A stretch of 64,000 nt of DNA from the human T2T-CHM13v2.0 reference genome, Homo sapiens, in assembly GCF_009914755.1 (NCBI RefSeq), contig NC_060947.1. The stretch is one strand, 5' to 3'. The notes under the pieces were generated by a model. The model was not told the origin of the DNA, searched no databases, and saw only the letters and a list, made by a program, of their open reading frames with translations. The translations under genes were made by a program, and so were the position numbers. Positions 29,881 through 44,290 of the stretch are shown in pieces (position 1 is the first letter of the stretch; each line of letters starts with the position of its first letter).

Positions 29881-31214
29881 AGATATTAACAGTGCCCATG
29901 TGTCATAGGGAAATGATGAAAACTACATGTTATAATTCACAAAAGGGCTTCAAACAGTCCCTGGCACATGTTTAGATGGTAAAGAAAAGTTACATTTGTG
30001 ATTATTATTATTATTAATGGAAATATTAATGTACAAATGTAAACAAATTTAACATTTGAATGTTCTAACCAAAATGAAAAAAATAAAATAAACATTGTTT
30101 TCCATTTTTGCAAGTCAGACAGCACTACAATTTTATAATACAATCTTATCAGGTTCTTTTTCCATAATAATTTTCACCTTTCCTATGTATAAAATCTGTT
30201 GTAGTTCAATTAACTCTCCGTACACTTTTGTCACTGCTGACATTCTGTGACTTAATAATTGTTGTCACTTTAATGGGGATATCCCTCCTTAAACATTCAT
30301 CCTGTATAAACTTGTAAACTCAGGTCCACCACAGTGTATTTAAAAATGTGTTTGAAGTGGGAAGCTGTCATTCCATTACTGAGGTATTACTAAGAAATAC
30401 AGCCCAGGGCAATATCTGTGGCTTCCTAATACAACTGATATTTGGGTAATTTGACATGATTATAAATGATAATTACCTGGTAAGTAAGCCCCATAGTAGT
30501 AATATCTTCTTTTCTTACAAAAAAGTGCTTTCTTATCAGCTCTGGTTTGAAGTTCCACACAGATGTTTTTCAAAATGGAGATTCACTAGTGGGAATCGTC
30601 TTCAGCAGGGGTCTAGCATCTATTTAATCAACACAGATGATTTTAAAAATGCGCTGAATCCACCCAGTGAGCATATCTCCAGAAATGGATTTCAGAATTT
30701 AGCAGCTTAAATACTATGGGATATACTGAGTATTGAAGATTTTATTTAAATTTTTAAAAATAGTACAATAAACTCATGTATCCCTTCAACCTAAGTTCAT
30801 CAAATGTTAACATTTTGTCAAATTGGCTTCATCTCCTCTTTATTAAATATACACATTCACAAACGCAAACACACATACATACACAATTGATGTTGCTGAA
30901 TATTTGAGATTTAAGACATCAGGATCGTTTACTTCTAAATTTTTCAAAATTTAACTTCTAACAACGGGGCATTTTTTTCCTTTTTGAAACAGATATTTTG
31001 TAACAGCTTTTGGTATTATAAAATTCATAACTAAAGCACATGCCTATGCATAAAATTAGAAATAAAACTATATAAACTTTAAACTGTATTATTACAGAAA
31101 ATATTAGGAGAGTTAATATAACAGAAAAATAAAAGAAGAGTCATCTACACTGGATATCAAAATGAAGACATCCTATAGTATGTTATCACCATCTGTACAT
31201 TTTCAAAATACTGA

Positions 31215-31625
31215 ATCCTTAATTCCTAAGAACCACAAGAGACCTGGACTAGCTAAAGCTATCTTGAACAAGAACAAACGTGAACACATCAGATTTTCTG
31301 ACTTCAAATAAAATTACAAAGCCTTAGTAGTCACAACAGTGTGGTACCAAAATGAAAACAGATACATAGACCAATGGAACAGAAGAGCTCAGAAATAAAG
31401 CCCAAAATATAAGGTCAAATAATCTGTGACACAGGCACCAAGAATACGCAATAGGGAAGGGATAGTCTCTTTCACAAACATTTATGGAAAAACTGGATAT
31501 CCACATGCAAAAAGAATGAAATTAGACCTTTATCTCACACAATATACAAAAATTAACTCAAAATGGGTTAAATATTTAAACCTAAGGCCTGAAACTACAA
31601 AATGATGAGAAAACATTGATATATT
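31215..31625 (+). mobile_element. L1M ORF2 fragment
   Basis: acatagaccaatggaacaga...gatagtctctttcacaaa...aaaattaactcaaaatgg. Confidence 0.85.
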
Positions 31626-32023
31626 TCTGAACAAAACAAAATACAAGCTTTCCTGACAGTACACAGGCATTGAAATACTGGAAATTCAGGAGTTAAAATA
31701 GTGCAAAAGTGCTTTGCATTGATTTATAAAATACAGTGTCTATACTCTGACATACGTAAACAAGTTTCCCTCCTACAGGAATATTTCAGGGCATTGTAAA
31801 GTTGTGTGTAATGGAGGGATAGGTCTCTGCTGTTTAAGACTCAGTAATGCATAACAGGATATCTACCATAGCTTGCTTTGACTTCTTTCATACCCAGTAA
31901 TTTCCTAGACACCTTGTCAGGAATTACAACTCTCACTGAGATTAAATGATTTAAACAAAGCAGAGAAAATACGAAACACTGTTTACAGGTATAATGCATT
32001 AATTTTTGTTAATGACTATTCTG

Positions 32024-32349
32024 ATTTATTTATTTATTTATTTTATTTATGATGGAGTCTTGCTCTGTCACCCAGGCTGGAGTGCAGTGGTGCGATCTTG
32101 GCTCACTGCAACCTCCGCCTCCTGGGTTCAAGAAAATCTCCTGTGTTCAAGCAAATCTCCTGCCTCGGCCTCCCGAGTAGCTGGGATTACAGGCGCCCCA
32201 TACCATACTTGGCTAATTTTTGTATTTTTAGTAGCTATGGGGTTTCACCATGTTGGCCAGTCTGGTATTGAACTCCTGACCTCAAGTGATCCACCCGCCA
32301 TGGCTTCCCAAAGTGCTGGGGTTACAGGCATGAGCCACTGTGCCTGGCT
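32024..32349 (-). mobile_element. AluSx/Sz with a small internal tandem duplication
   Basis: gttcaagaaaatctcctgt gttcaagcaaatctcctgc; (ATTT)n tail. Confidence 0.9.
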
Positions 32350-33009
32350 TTACCTTTTAATTCAACAACTGATAAACAAAACAAAAATTTTATTCATTTG
32401 ACAAAAAAGTAAAGCCTGACAAACTGTCTTTTCACAGTTACCATAATGCTTGTAGCTATAAGCACACCTTTTTTCTGAGATTATAAGTAGCAGTGATGAG
32501 CCTCCACAAGGAGCATTATTACAAATGATTCAAGAAACATAGATCCTTTAAGTCATCTTGATTTATTTGCTAACATCATTCCACCCATCCTGCACCTCTC
32601 CACAACAATCCCTTTGCAGAATATTACTATAAAATGAAGGTAGAAATATTCCTCCCTTTGTGCCTAAGTAACTCCCAATGTCAAAATAATAATGTAGTCA
32701 TAAACAAATATGATGCGCTATGTATCAAACAACTCTAGGATATTAAGTCAAGTGTATACTGAACTTAAATACTAGCTATGCAGTTTTAAAAATTATAACC
32801 ATGTTCTCAGTGATTGTGGATAATAGTTCAGCACAGTGGGATAAAGGCAAATAGGTCAGTTACCTGAAATTAACTGTATTTAAATGATTATGATTTAATA
32901 TACTATCTCTTCTCAAAAGTACATTTTACAAAATAACCTTGGGGTAATGAAATTATTCTACAGTAAATAATTCATTGTTTGAAACACTAATGTCTCCCTA
33001 ATATACTTT

Positions 33010-36000
33010 TATCTAGAAATAGCAAGGAAAACTTCGAATAGATCATCTAAGAAAGAACATTGTAATTCAACAGAGAAGAGACGGGAAATATCTAAGGCAA
33101 GGAAGGAAAGGTAAGCAAGGCAGCCTGCTCCTCCAGGATTGTCTAGGAGCTCAAAGAGGCTCCCCAGTGCGAGGAAAGGGTGAGAGATCTGAGCAGTTTA
33201 TATTCCCATAGTAAACTCCTGCAATCCTAGCCACAGGCCAGCCCCTTGATCCTCATGGGCCCTGAACATAGGGAGCTGCCTGGAGATCATGCGAAGGCAT
33301 TGCTCTACACAGGGAGCTCATGCTAAGTCCTACACATACCCACGGGACGCAAGCAGGTACAACATAGTGCCATTTTGAGAGCCTAGCTCCCATCAGGTGG
33401 CATCTTGTCCTGTGGTCTAAAAGCCCCTTCATCGCCACATCTCTGAAGCCGCCTTGATATCCCTGCCCACAACTACTGCTACTGCTGGCTATTCCCACTG
33501 GAACTGAAGTGTGAGCCTGTGGCAGTGTCCCGGACATGCCCAGCAGTGGAGCTGCCACACATTTGCATATTCCCAGAGTGTAGACTCCCCAGGCTTACAA
33601 CTGCTGCTGTTACTGGCTGCTCCATCTGGCAGTGATCCCACTGCCCCTAGCAGCAGGGTTTACAGTAATTTACACATGCCCTAAGGAGAGACTCTCCTGT
33701 CCACAGGCATGCCCCAATGCTAATTGTTGCTGCCAGTGAGTGCTGAAACACACCTCACTGGCAGTAAACCCACCACCCTCACAAGCATCAAGGCTGCCAA
33801 ACATTTGCACATGCCCTGAAGACAGGCTACTTTGCCTGCAGCCACAGCCATCACCAGACGTGGCCACTGGGTGCTGAAGCAGAAGCCACTGGAAGTGACC
33901 CCACCAACTTCAGCAGCAGGGTCACTGCACATTTGCATGTACTCTAAGGACAGGATCCCCACCCACAGCCACTGCCACTATTGGCTGTTGCTTCCAGGTA
34001 ACCCAAGCGTAAGCCACTGGCAGCAACCTTGTCAACCTCAGCAGTAGAGCTCACATGCATTTACATGTGCTTTGAGGACAGGCTCCCCTGCACACAGCTG
34101 TCACTGGTGCTGAACTGTGCACTGCCCAGTTGCCTGGCTATGGCTGCTGCCACTGACAGCACCGTGCTCTTTCCGGGAACAGGGCCATAATGTACTTCTG
34201 CATGCTTGAGGAGAGGTTCCTCTGACCACCACCACTCCTGCCATTTCCACCTGAGCACTCCACAGGGGTCCTGAGGACAACCATATTTCTGTCCACGATG
34301 GCCAGTGGCCAGATGTACCATCAGGGAGCCTAAAGACAGAGTTGCCCAATTTGACCCCACCCTTCCCAGTGGCAGATTACATTATCTGGGCTGGGATTGC
34401 CCAACTTTGTCCATCACAGTTAGTACCTGAGCACCTTGCCCAGGGGCCTGGAGATGAGCCCACTAAGCCTGCTATTACAAGCACATCTGGCACCTATCTG
34501 CATGTGCCACCAGTGGGTCAAGGGACTAACCAGCATAGCTTGATGCAGCCACTACTAACACCAGTATGGATCCCCTGAGAGCCAGAGGGTTAGTCCATCA
34601 TTTCTATTGCCATTGTACCTATCATACCCACTGCCCATGGACCGAAGGACCTACCCAGCCTACCACTGCCACTGCTGACACCCAAGCAAACTGCCTGCAG
34701 GCCGAAGAATCAGGCTGCCTGAACCTGCTAATACCAGGGCTAGCATATCCCAAACAAGAGCCCAAGGACAGGCGCGCTCGGCCTGCTGCTGCCACCAATG
34801 GAGCCTGAGAACTGGCACACCTGGTGTCTCGATTCCAGGTGAAACTTCACCACAGCCTCTTTTTAAAACCACGCACAAAGCCACTGAGAAAATCACAGAA
34901 ACCATTGAGGCCATTCACAGCTAAATAAATTATATGGGAACTACACTAGTGCACACACAGAGAGTCAAAGCTAAAGTGCCCTAACCAATCAATACCATAG
35001 GTATATCTTTTGTAAGATGTCTTCCCCTAACAGCAAATTCAAAAAATTGGAAGAAGCAACTGTTATACCAGATGTGCAGATATCAATGTAACATAAAAAG
35101 GAAGGAAATATGCAACACCAAATAAATACGATAATTCTCCAGCAACAGAGTCCAATAAGAAAGGTACGAAATGCCTAGAAAATCATTCAAAATAATGATA
35201 TTAAGGAAGCTCAATGAGATGCAAGGGAACACAGATAAACAATAAAAAGAAATTTTAAAAAATTACTAATGAGATAGATATCATAAAAACAGAGCCAAAC
35301 AAAAATCCTGGAATTGAAAAATTAATTGAATAAAAATTATACATATATATATATGTTTAAGAGCTTCAGCAACAGACTACATGAAGCAGAAGAAAGAATT
35401 TTAGAATTTCAATGTAGGTCTTTGGAAATAATGTAGAAAAAATTAAAAAATATAATTAAAAAATGAACAAAGCCTACATGACATATGGGATACCATAATT
35501 TTCAAATTTTTACTGTCCCAGAAGGCAAAGATAATGACAAAGGGATAAAAAACCTATTTAACAAAACAATCATTGAAAACTTCCAACATTTAGCATGAGA
35601 TGTAGATACACAGATACAAGAATCTCAGAGATCCCCATATAATACAATGCAAAAAGGACTTCAACACTACACATTATAGTCAAATTGTCACAAGTCAAAG
35701 TCAAAGAGAATTCCAAAAACAGCAAGGGAAAAGTATCTAGTCACTTATAAAGGAACACTCAGACTAACAGAAAATTTCTCAGCAGAGATCTTATAGGTCA
35801 GGAGAGAATGAGATAAACAACAACAACAACAAAGAAAACTATGAGTTCTAATAAACAAATTCAGTAAAGTTGCAGGATACAAAAACAACATTCAAAAATC
35901 AGTGCATTCCTATATTAAAAAAACGAATGAACTAAAGAAGACATCCAGAAGGCAATCACAACTACAAGAGCTACAAAGAATACCTAAGAATAAAATTAAT

Positions 36001-39000
36001 GAAGGAAATGAAAGGCCTCCTAAAAAAGTAAAAAACCTACAAATCGCTAATGAATGAAATTGAAGAGAACACAAACAAATGGAAAGATATCCCATGCTCA
36101 TGAATAAGATGAATTAGTGTCATTAAAATGACCATAATGCAGAAAGAAATCTACAGATTTAGTGCAATCTCTAGCAAAATACCGATGTCACTTTTCTAAA
36201 AAACAGAAAACAATCCTAAAATTTGTCTGGAAGAAAAAAGAGGCTGCATAGCCAAAGCAATCCTGAGCCAAAAGAACAAAGCTAGAGGTATCAAACTACC
36301 TATGTCCAAATATATTACAAGGCTCTAGTAATTAAACAGCATATTATTACTTTTTTATTTGAATTCCTTTTATTTTTAAACTTATAAGTTCAGGGGTACA
36401 TGTGCAGGTTTGTCACATAGGTAAATGTGTGTCATGGGTGTTTGTTGTACATTATTTCATTATCCAGTTATTAAGCTTAGTACCCATTAGTTATTTTTCC
36501 TGATCCTCTCCCACCTTCCACCATCCACCCTTTGATAGGCTTCAGTGTGTGTTGTTCCCCTCTATGTTTCCATGTTTTCTCATCATTTAGCTACCATTTA
36601 TAAGTGAAAACATGCAGTACTTGGTTTTCTCTTCCTGCATTAGTTTGCTAAGGATAATGGCATACAGCTCCATTCATGTCCCTGCAAAGAACATGATCTT
36701 GTTCTTTGTATGGCTGCATAGTCTTCTATGGTGTATATATATGCACCACATTCTCTTCATCCAGTCTATCACTGATGGGCATTTAGGTTGACCCCATGTC
36801 TGCTATTGCGAATAGTGCTGCAATAAACATACCTGTGCATGTGTCTTTATGATAAAACATTTTATATTCCTTTGGGCATATACCCAGCAATGGGAAGGCT
36901 GGGTTAAATAGTATTTCTGTCTTTAGGACTTTTAGGAATCATCACACAGCCTTCTGCAATGGATGAACTAATTTACACTCCCATCAACAGTGTATAAGCA
37001 TTCCTTTTTCTCCACAACCTCACCAGCATATATTATTTATTGGCTTTTTAATGATAGCCATTCTGAGTGGTGTGAAATAGTATCTCATTGTGGTTTTGAT
37101 TTGCATGTATCTAATAATCAGTAATGTTGAGTTTTTTTTATGTTTGTTGGCTGCATGTAAGCCTTCTTTTGAGAAGTGTCTATTCATGTCATTTGACCAT
37201 TTTTAATGGGGTTTTTTTTCTTGTAAATTTAAGTTCCTTGTAGATGCTAAATATTAGACCTTTGTCAGTTGAATAGATTGCAAAAATTTTCTCCCATTCC
37301 GTAGGTTGTCTGTATACCCTGTTGATAGTTTATTTTGCTGTGCAGAAGCTCTTTAACTAGATTCCACTTGTCAATTTTTTCTTTTGTTGCAATTGCTTTT
37401 GTTATCTTCATCATGAAATGTTTGCTCATGCATATGTCCTGAATGGTATTGCTGAGGTTGTCTTCCAGGATTTTTTATAGTTTCAGGTTTTACTTTTAAA
37501 TCTTTAATCTATCTTGAGTTAGTTTTTGAATATAGTGTAAGGAAGGAGTCCAGTTTCAATCTTCTGCTTATGGCTACCCAGTTATCCCAGTACCATTTAT
37601 GGCATAGGGAATCCTTTCCCCATGGTTTGTTTTTGCCAGGTTTGTCAAAGATCAGATAGTTGCAGGTGTATGGTCTTATTTCTATGTTCTGTATTCTGAT
37701 CCATTGGTCTAAGTATCTGTTGTTGTACCAGTACTATGTTGTTTTGGTTACTTTAGTCCTGTATTATAGTTTAATGTTGAGTAGCGTGATGCCTCCAGCT
37801 TCGTTCTTTTTGCATAGGATTGCCTTGGCTATTCGACTTCTTTTTTGGTTCTATATTATATTTAAAAATTTTTTTCTAGTTCTGTGAAGAATGTCAATGA
37901 GAGTTTAATGGGAATAGCATTGAATCTATATATTACTTTGGCCATTATTGTCATTTTAACAATATTGATTCTTCCTATTTATAAGCATGGAATGTTTTTC
38001 CATTTGTGTCATCTCTGATTTCTTGGAGGAGTGTTTTCTAGTTCTCCTTGTAGAGATCTTTCACCTCCCTAGTTAACTGTATTCCTAAATATTTTCTTCT
38101 TTTTGTGGTGATTGTGAATAGGAAGAGTTGGTTTGTGATTTCGGTCTCGGCTTAACTGCCGTTGGTGTATAGGAATGCTAGAAAATTTTGTACACTGATT
38201 TGGTATCCTGAGACTTTGCTGAAGTTGCTTCTTCACTTAAGCAGCTTTGGGGCTGAGACTATGGAGTTTTCTAGATATAGAATAATGTCATCTGCCAACA
38301 GAGATAGTTTGAATTCCTCTCTTCTAATTTGAATTCCCTTTACTTCTTCCTCTTGCCCTATTGTCCTGGGTATAACTTCCAAAACTATGTTGAATAGGAG
38401 TGGTGAGAGGGGGCATCCTTATCTTGTGCCGATTTTCAAGGGGAATGCTTCCACTTTTTCCCATTCAGTATGTTTGCTGTGGGTTTGTCATGTATGTCTC
38501 TTATAATTTTGAGGAATATTCCTTCAATATCTAGTATATTGAGAGTTTTTGACACGAATGGGTATTGAATTTTATCAAAAGCCTTTTCTGGATTTATTGA
38601 GATAATCATATGGTTCTTGTCTTCAGTTCTGTTTATGCGATGAATCATATTTGTTGATTTGCATATTTGGAACCAACCTTGCATCCCGGGGATGAAGCCT
38701 ACTTGATCATGGTAGATAAGCTTTTTGATTTGCTGCCGGATTCACTTTGCCAGTATTTTGTCAAGGATTTTTGCGTCAATGTTCATCAAGAACATTGGCC
38801 TGGCACTTTCTTTTCTTGCTGTATTTCTGCCAGGATTTGGTATCAGAATAATGCTGTCCTCATAAAATTAGTTAGGGAGGAGTCCCTCCTCCTCAATTTT
38901 TTTTTTACGTAGTTTTAGTAGGAATGGCACCACATCTTTGTACATCTGGTAGGTTGAGCTGTGAATCCATCTGGTCTTGGGCTTTTTTTGGTTGGTAGGC

Positions 39001-42000
39001 TATTTATTACTTCTTCGATTTCAGAACTCGTTTCTTCCTGGTTAAGTCTTGGGAGGATGTATGTGTTCAGGAATTTATCCATTTCTTCTAGATTTTCTAG
39101 TTTATGTGCATAGAAGTGTTCATGATATTTTCTGATGGTTGTTTGTATTTCTGTGGGGTCATTGGTAAAGTCTCCCCTGTTGTTTCTGATTGTGTTTATT
39201 TGAATCTACCCTCTTTTCATCTTTATTAGTCTATCTAATGGTCTATTTTATTGTTTTTTCAAAAACACAGCTCCTGGATTCATTGATATTTTGAATTTTT
39301 TTGTGTCTCAATTCCTTCATTTTGGCTCTGATTTGATTATTTGTTTTCTTCTGCTAGCTTTGAGATTTGTTTGCTCTTGGTTCTCTAGGCTTTTTTAGTT
39401 GTGATGTTAGGTTGCTAACTTGAGATTTTTCTAACTTTTTGATGTGGGTATTCAGTGCTATACATTCCCCTCTTAACACTGCCTTAGCTATGCCCCAGAG
39501 CTTCTGGTGCATTGTATCATTGTTCTCATTAGTTTCAAAGAACTTCTTGATTTCTGCCTTAATTTCATTATTTACCCAAAAGTCACTCAGGAACGGGTTA
39601 TTCAATCTTCATGTAATTGTATGGTTTTGAGTGAATTTCTTAGTCTTGAGTTCGAGTTTGATTGCACTGTGGTCTGACAGACTGTTATTATTTCATTTCT
39701 TTCACATTTGCTGAAGAGTGTTTTACTTCCAATTAGGTGATTGATTTTAGAGTAAGTGCCATGTGGGGATGAGAATAATGTATATTCTGTTGTTTTGGGG
39801 TGAAGAGTTCTGTGGATATCTATCAGGTCTATTTGATCCAGTGTGGAGCTCAGGTCCTGAATATCTTTGTTATTTTTCTGTCTTGATGATCTTTCTAATA
39901 TTGTCAGTGGGGTGTTAAAATTTCCCACTATTATTGTGTTTGAATCTAAGTCTCTTTGAAAGTCTCTAATAACTTGCTTTATGAATCTGAATACACCTGT
40001 GTTTGGTGGATATATATTTAAGATAGTTAGCTCTTCTTGTTGAAATGAAGCCTTTACCATTACATAATGCCCTTCTGTGTCTTTTTTGATCTTTGTTGTT
40101 TTAAAATCTGTTTTGTCAGAAACTAGGATTGCAACCTCCACCTTTTTTTCTGGTTTCTATTTGCTTGGTAGATTTTCCTCCATCCCTTTATTTTGAGCCT
40201 ATGTGTGTCACTGCTTGTGAGAAGGGTCTCTTGAAGACAGCATACCAATTGGTCTTTTTTTTTTCCAGCTTGCCACTTTGTGTTTTTAAATTAGGACATT
40301 CAACTTATTTACAGTTAAGGGTCAGCATTAATATGTGTGGATTTGATCCTGTGACTATGACATTAGTTGTTTATTTTGCAGACTTGTTTCTGTGGTTGCT
40401 TTATATTTCCACTGGTTTCTGTACTTCATTGTGTTTTTGTAGTGATTGGTAAAGGTATTTTCTTTCCATATTTAGCACTTCCTTCAGGAGCTCCTTTAAG
40501 GCAGGTCTGGTGGTAACGAATTTCCTTACAATTTGCTTTACTAAAAAAAAATCTTATTTTTCTTTCACTTATGAAGCTCAGTTTGGCCAGATATGAAGTT
40601 CTGGGTTGGAATTTCTTTACTTGCAGAATGTTGGATATTGGCCTCTGATCTCTTCTGGCTTGTAGGGTTTCAGCTGAGAGGTTCGCTGTTAGTCTGATGG
40701 GCTTCCCTTAGTAGGTGACTTGGCCTTTCTCTCTAGCTGCCCTTAACATTTTTCCTTTCATTTTTAACTTTGGAGAATCTGACGATTTTGTGTCTTGAGG
40801 ATGATCTCCTCATATCTTACTGGGGTTTTCTGCATTTCCTATATTTGAATGTTGGCCTTTCTAGCTAGGTTTGGGAAGTTCTCACGAATGATATCCTGAA
40901 ATATGTTTTTTTTTTTCAAAATTGGTTTCATGCTCCCCATTTTTTCAGGTACACCAATCAGTCATAGATTCGGTCTTTTTACATATTCCTGTATTTCCTG
41001 TATGCTCTGTTCATTCTTCATTCTTTTTTAAAATTCTTCTCTGCATGTCTTACTTCAGAAAGACAGTCTTCATGCTGTCAGGTTATTTCCTCTGCTTGGT
41101 CTATTCTGCTATAAATACTTGTGATTGCATTAGAAAATTCTTCTAATGTGTTTTTTAGCTCTATCAGGTTGGTTACATTTTTCTCTCTACTGGCTAGTTT
41201 GCCTGTCATCTGCAGTGTCTTATGATTTTTAACTTCCTTGCACTGGGTTACAACATGCTTTTTCTTAGATCATTGAAATTCATTTTTATCCATATTCTGA
41301 ATTCTCCTGCTGTCATTTCATCCATCTCAGCCTCAGCCCAGTTTGAAACCCTTGCTGGAGAGGTGATGCAGTCATTTGGAGGAAAGTGGGTGCTCTGGCT
41401 TTTTGAGTTTTCAGCGTTCTTACAATGATTCTTGCTCATCTTTGTGGGCTTATCTACCTTCAATATTTGAGGTTGCTGGCCTTTGGCTGGGTGTTTTTTC
41501 TTTAAAGAGTCTGGTCACTTCTTAGGGCTGCTGTGGTTTGGTGGGGATCAACTACAACCCTAGTCACCTTGGATTTTCCTGTAACTGGAGGTATCCCCAG
41601 TGAAGACTGTGAAACAACAAAGATGACAGCTTTCCCCTTCCTCTGGGAGCTCCATCTCAGGGAGTTATAGACCTGCTGCTGGGCTGGATGCACCTATAGG
41701 ACGTGGCTGGAGACCCTGGTTGGGAGGTCTCATCAAGTCTGGAGAAACAGGATCGGGGGCCCGCTTAAAGAAGCAGTCTGGCCATGCTTAGCTGTCTTGT
41801 GCTGGGGTACCACTTCCATCCCCAGTTGGCTTGGGCTGTCCAAAGCCTGGAGACTGAAATAGCTAAGTCTCCCCAAAAATAAAGATGGTGGCCTCCCCCT
41901 CCTCCCGGGAACTCCATCCCAGGGAGAATTCAAATCTCTGTGGGCCAGAGAACACTGGTGGGTGTGGCTAGAGTTCCTGATTGGGAGATCCCACCCAGTG

Positions 42001-44290
42001 AGGAGGAATGGATCAGGGACTCACTTAAAGTAGCAGTCTGGCCATGTTTTGCCAGAGAAGCTCTGCTGTGCTAAGGGATTTCTTCCATTCCCAGTTGGTT
42101 TGGACTCTTCAAAGCCTGTAGGCTGGGATTGCTGAGTTGTCCAAAGAGCAAATATGGTGACCTGCCCCTCTCTCCAGGAACTCTGTCTCAGGTAGGCAAA
42201 ACACTGTTGCCAGTGGCTGGCTGGATTTTCAAGCCATTGGGTCTTAACCTGTGAGGAACCATGGGAGTGCGGCCCACAGACCAAGACTGCTCAGCCTCTT
42301 TCGTAGGGGTATATACAGAGTTGTAACTCTCGCTTTGCCAGAGTTGCAGTTGCTTTTGCTGGGAAGCCCTGAGGAGGAGTATGTAATGCTCTTGGTTCTC
42401 TGTGTATGCCTTGTGGTTGCTTTGTGGAGACTCCAAGTAGCTGTGTGTGTCAGACTGAAGGCACTGGTGGAGTGGATTCATGAGGGGATCTCTTGACCTG
42501 AGGGTTGCAAAGATCCATGAGGGAAGCATTGTTGATCAGGGTCGCACATTCACTCACTGCTTCCCTGTGCACAGGGCATTCCATTGGCTCTGTGTTGCTC
42601 CTGGGTGGGCTATCACTATGCCTTGCTTTTCTCCATTTTCCATGGGTCAAGATGTTTCCTTGATTAGTCCCAATGTGTGTACTTAGATGTTTTAGTTGAG
42701 GGTGCTCTATTTACTTGTCCCTTTAGTTCCTCTCTGTGAGACTCACACACTGTAGCTACTTCTTGTCAGCCATCTTGGCCATGCTCCCCCAGCATATTAT
42801 TGATACAAAAACAGATGCGTGGACTAATGGCATAAAATAGTGACCCCATAAATCACATATTTGCAGTCAAAGGATTTTTGACAGAGGCACCAAGAACATA
42901 CACTGGGGACAGGATACCCTCTTCAAGAAATGTTGCTGAAAAAAAATATCCATATGCATAAGATTGAAACTGGACCCATATCTCCACCATAAACAAAAAT
43001 CAACTCAAGACTTCAACGTAAGACCCAAAACTCTAAAATGACTAGAAGAAAACTTAAGGGAAACACTTCAGGACATGGCTCTAGGCAAAGACATTATAGC
43101 TAAAACCTCAAAAGCACAGGTAACAAAACCAAAAATAAGAAAAATGAGACTATATTAAACCAAAATGATTCCGCACACCAAAGAAGACAGTCAACACAAT
43201 AAAGGGACAAACTGTTAAATGCAAGAAAATATTTTCAGAATATTTACTCAATAAGAGACTATTATCTCAAATGCACGAGGAAATAAAAAAACTCAACAGT
43301 AAAATAAAAACAAATAATTCCACTAAAATGGGCAAAGACACTTATCAAAGGAAGTCATTCAAATGCAAAACAGGTACATGAAAAAATGTTCACCATCGCT
43401 AATCATCAGGAAAGTGCAAATCAAAACCATAACGAGATACCACCTTACCCCAGTTAGAATGGCTATTACTGAAAAGAAAAAATAACAGATGCTACCTAGA
43501 ATGTGGAGAAAAGGGAACCCTTATACACTGTTGGTGGGAATATAGATTAGTACATCCACTATGGGAAACAGTATGAAGAGTTCTCAAAAAACTAAAAATA
43601 TAACTACCACTTTATCGAGGAATCCCACTGAGTATTTATGCAGAGTAAAATAAATCAGTATATCAAAGAGATAACCTGCACACCTATGTGTGTTGCAGCA
43701 CTGTTCACAATAGCAAAGATCTGGAATCAACTTCAGTGTCCATCAACAGATGAATGGTCAAATAAAACGTGGCATATATAGACAATGGAAAGCTATTCAA
43801 CAATAAAAATCAATGACATCAGGTTATTTGTAGCAACATAAATGAAACTGGAGGTCCTTATATTAAGTGAAATAAGTCAGGCACAGAAATACAAATACCA
43901 CCTGTTTTCACTCATATGTGAGAGTTTTAAAAGTCGATCTCATGGCAGTATAGAGCTGAAGGATAGATACAAGAAGAGGGGAAATGTGTGTAGGTGAAGG
44001 GAAGATAAAGAGAGGGTGATCAGTAGGTATATAGATTAGAAGAAATAAGTTCTAATATTCAGTATCAGAGGAAGATGACTATAGTTAAGAACAACGTACC
44101 GTATACTTCAAAATAGCTAAAAGAGAGGACTTCAAATATCCCCGACACATAGAAATGATAAATAATACTTGCTTGAGATGATGGACACTCTAAATACCAA
44201 GGTGAACATTACACATTCTATGCATGTAATAAAACATCACATCTCCCTCATAAATATGTACAAATATTACATATCGATAAACTATAAATA
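33010..44290 (+). mobile_element. Old near-full-length L1 (L1MA/L1PB class) with an ORF1-to-ORF2 deletion, split by a nested L1
   Basis: GC-richer 5'UTR 33010-35000; ORF1 remnant to about 35810; jump to ORF2 RT (aaattcagtaaagttgcaggatac); ORF2 continues seamlessly at 42802 through a 3'UTR ending near 44290. Confidence 0.85.
36349..42789 (-). mobile_element. Full-length (~6.44 kb) L1PA11-13-type element with disrupted ORFs
   Basis: 5' end ggccaagatggctgac (antisense, about 42780); ORF1 start (HCKNAENSKSQS); EN fragment 39602-40141; RT fragment 38436-38684; 3'UTR at 36370; TSD cagcatattatt at 36337-36348 and 42790-42801. Confidence 0.93.

Larger units (their letters stand above)
29110..30015 (+). 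mobile_element. MIR split by an LTR16-like element
   Basis: ctctgtctcattttctcatttgtaaa...gata resumes at 29881 and runs to cctggcacat...attattatta. Confidence 0.65.

Noticed and set aside
33520-34230. Periodic repeat as a CRISPR-like array
   Set aside because: Eukaryotic L1 5'UTR context, degenerate whole-unit repeats, no unique spacers and no cas genes
39354-40141. Endonuclease ORFs suggesting an active L1
   Set aside because: ORF2 is broken into short frames and ORF1 is not intact; the element is full-length but dead
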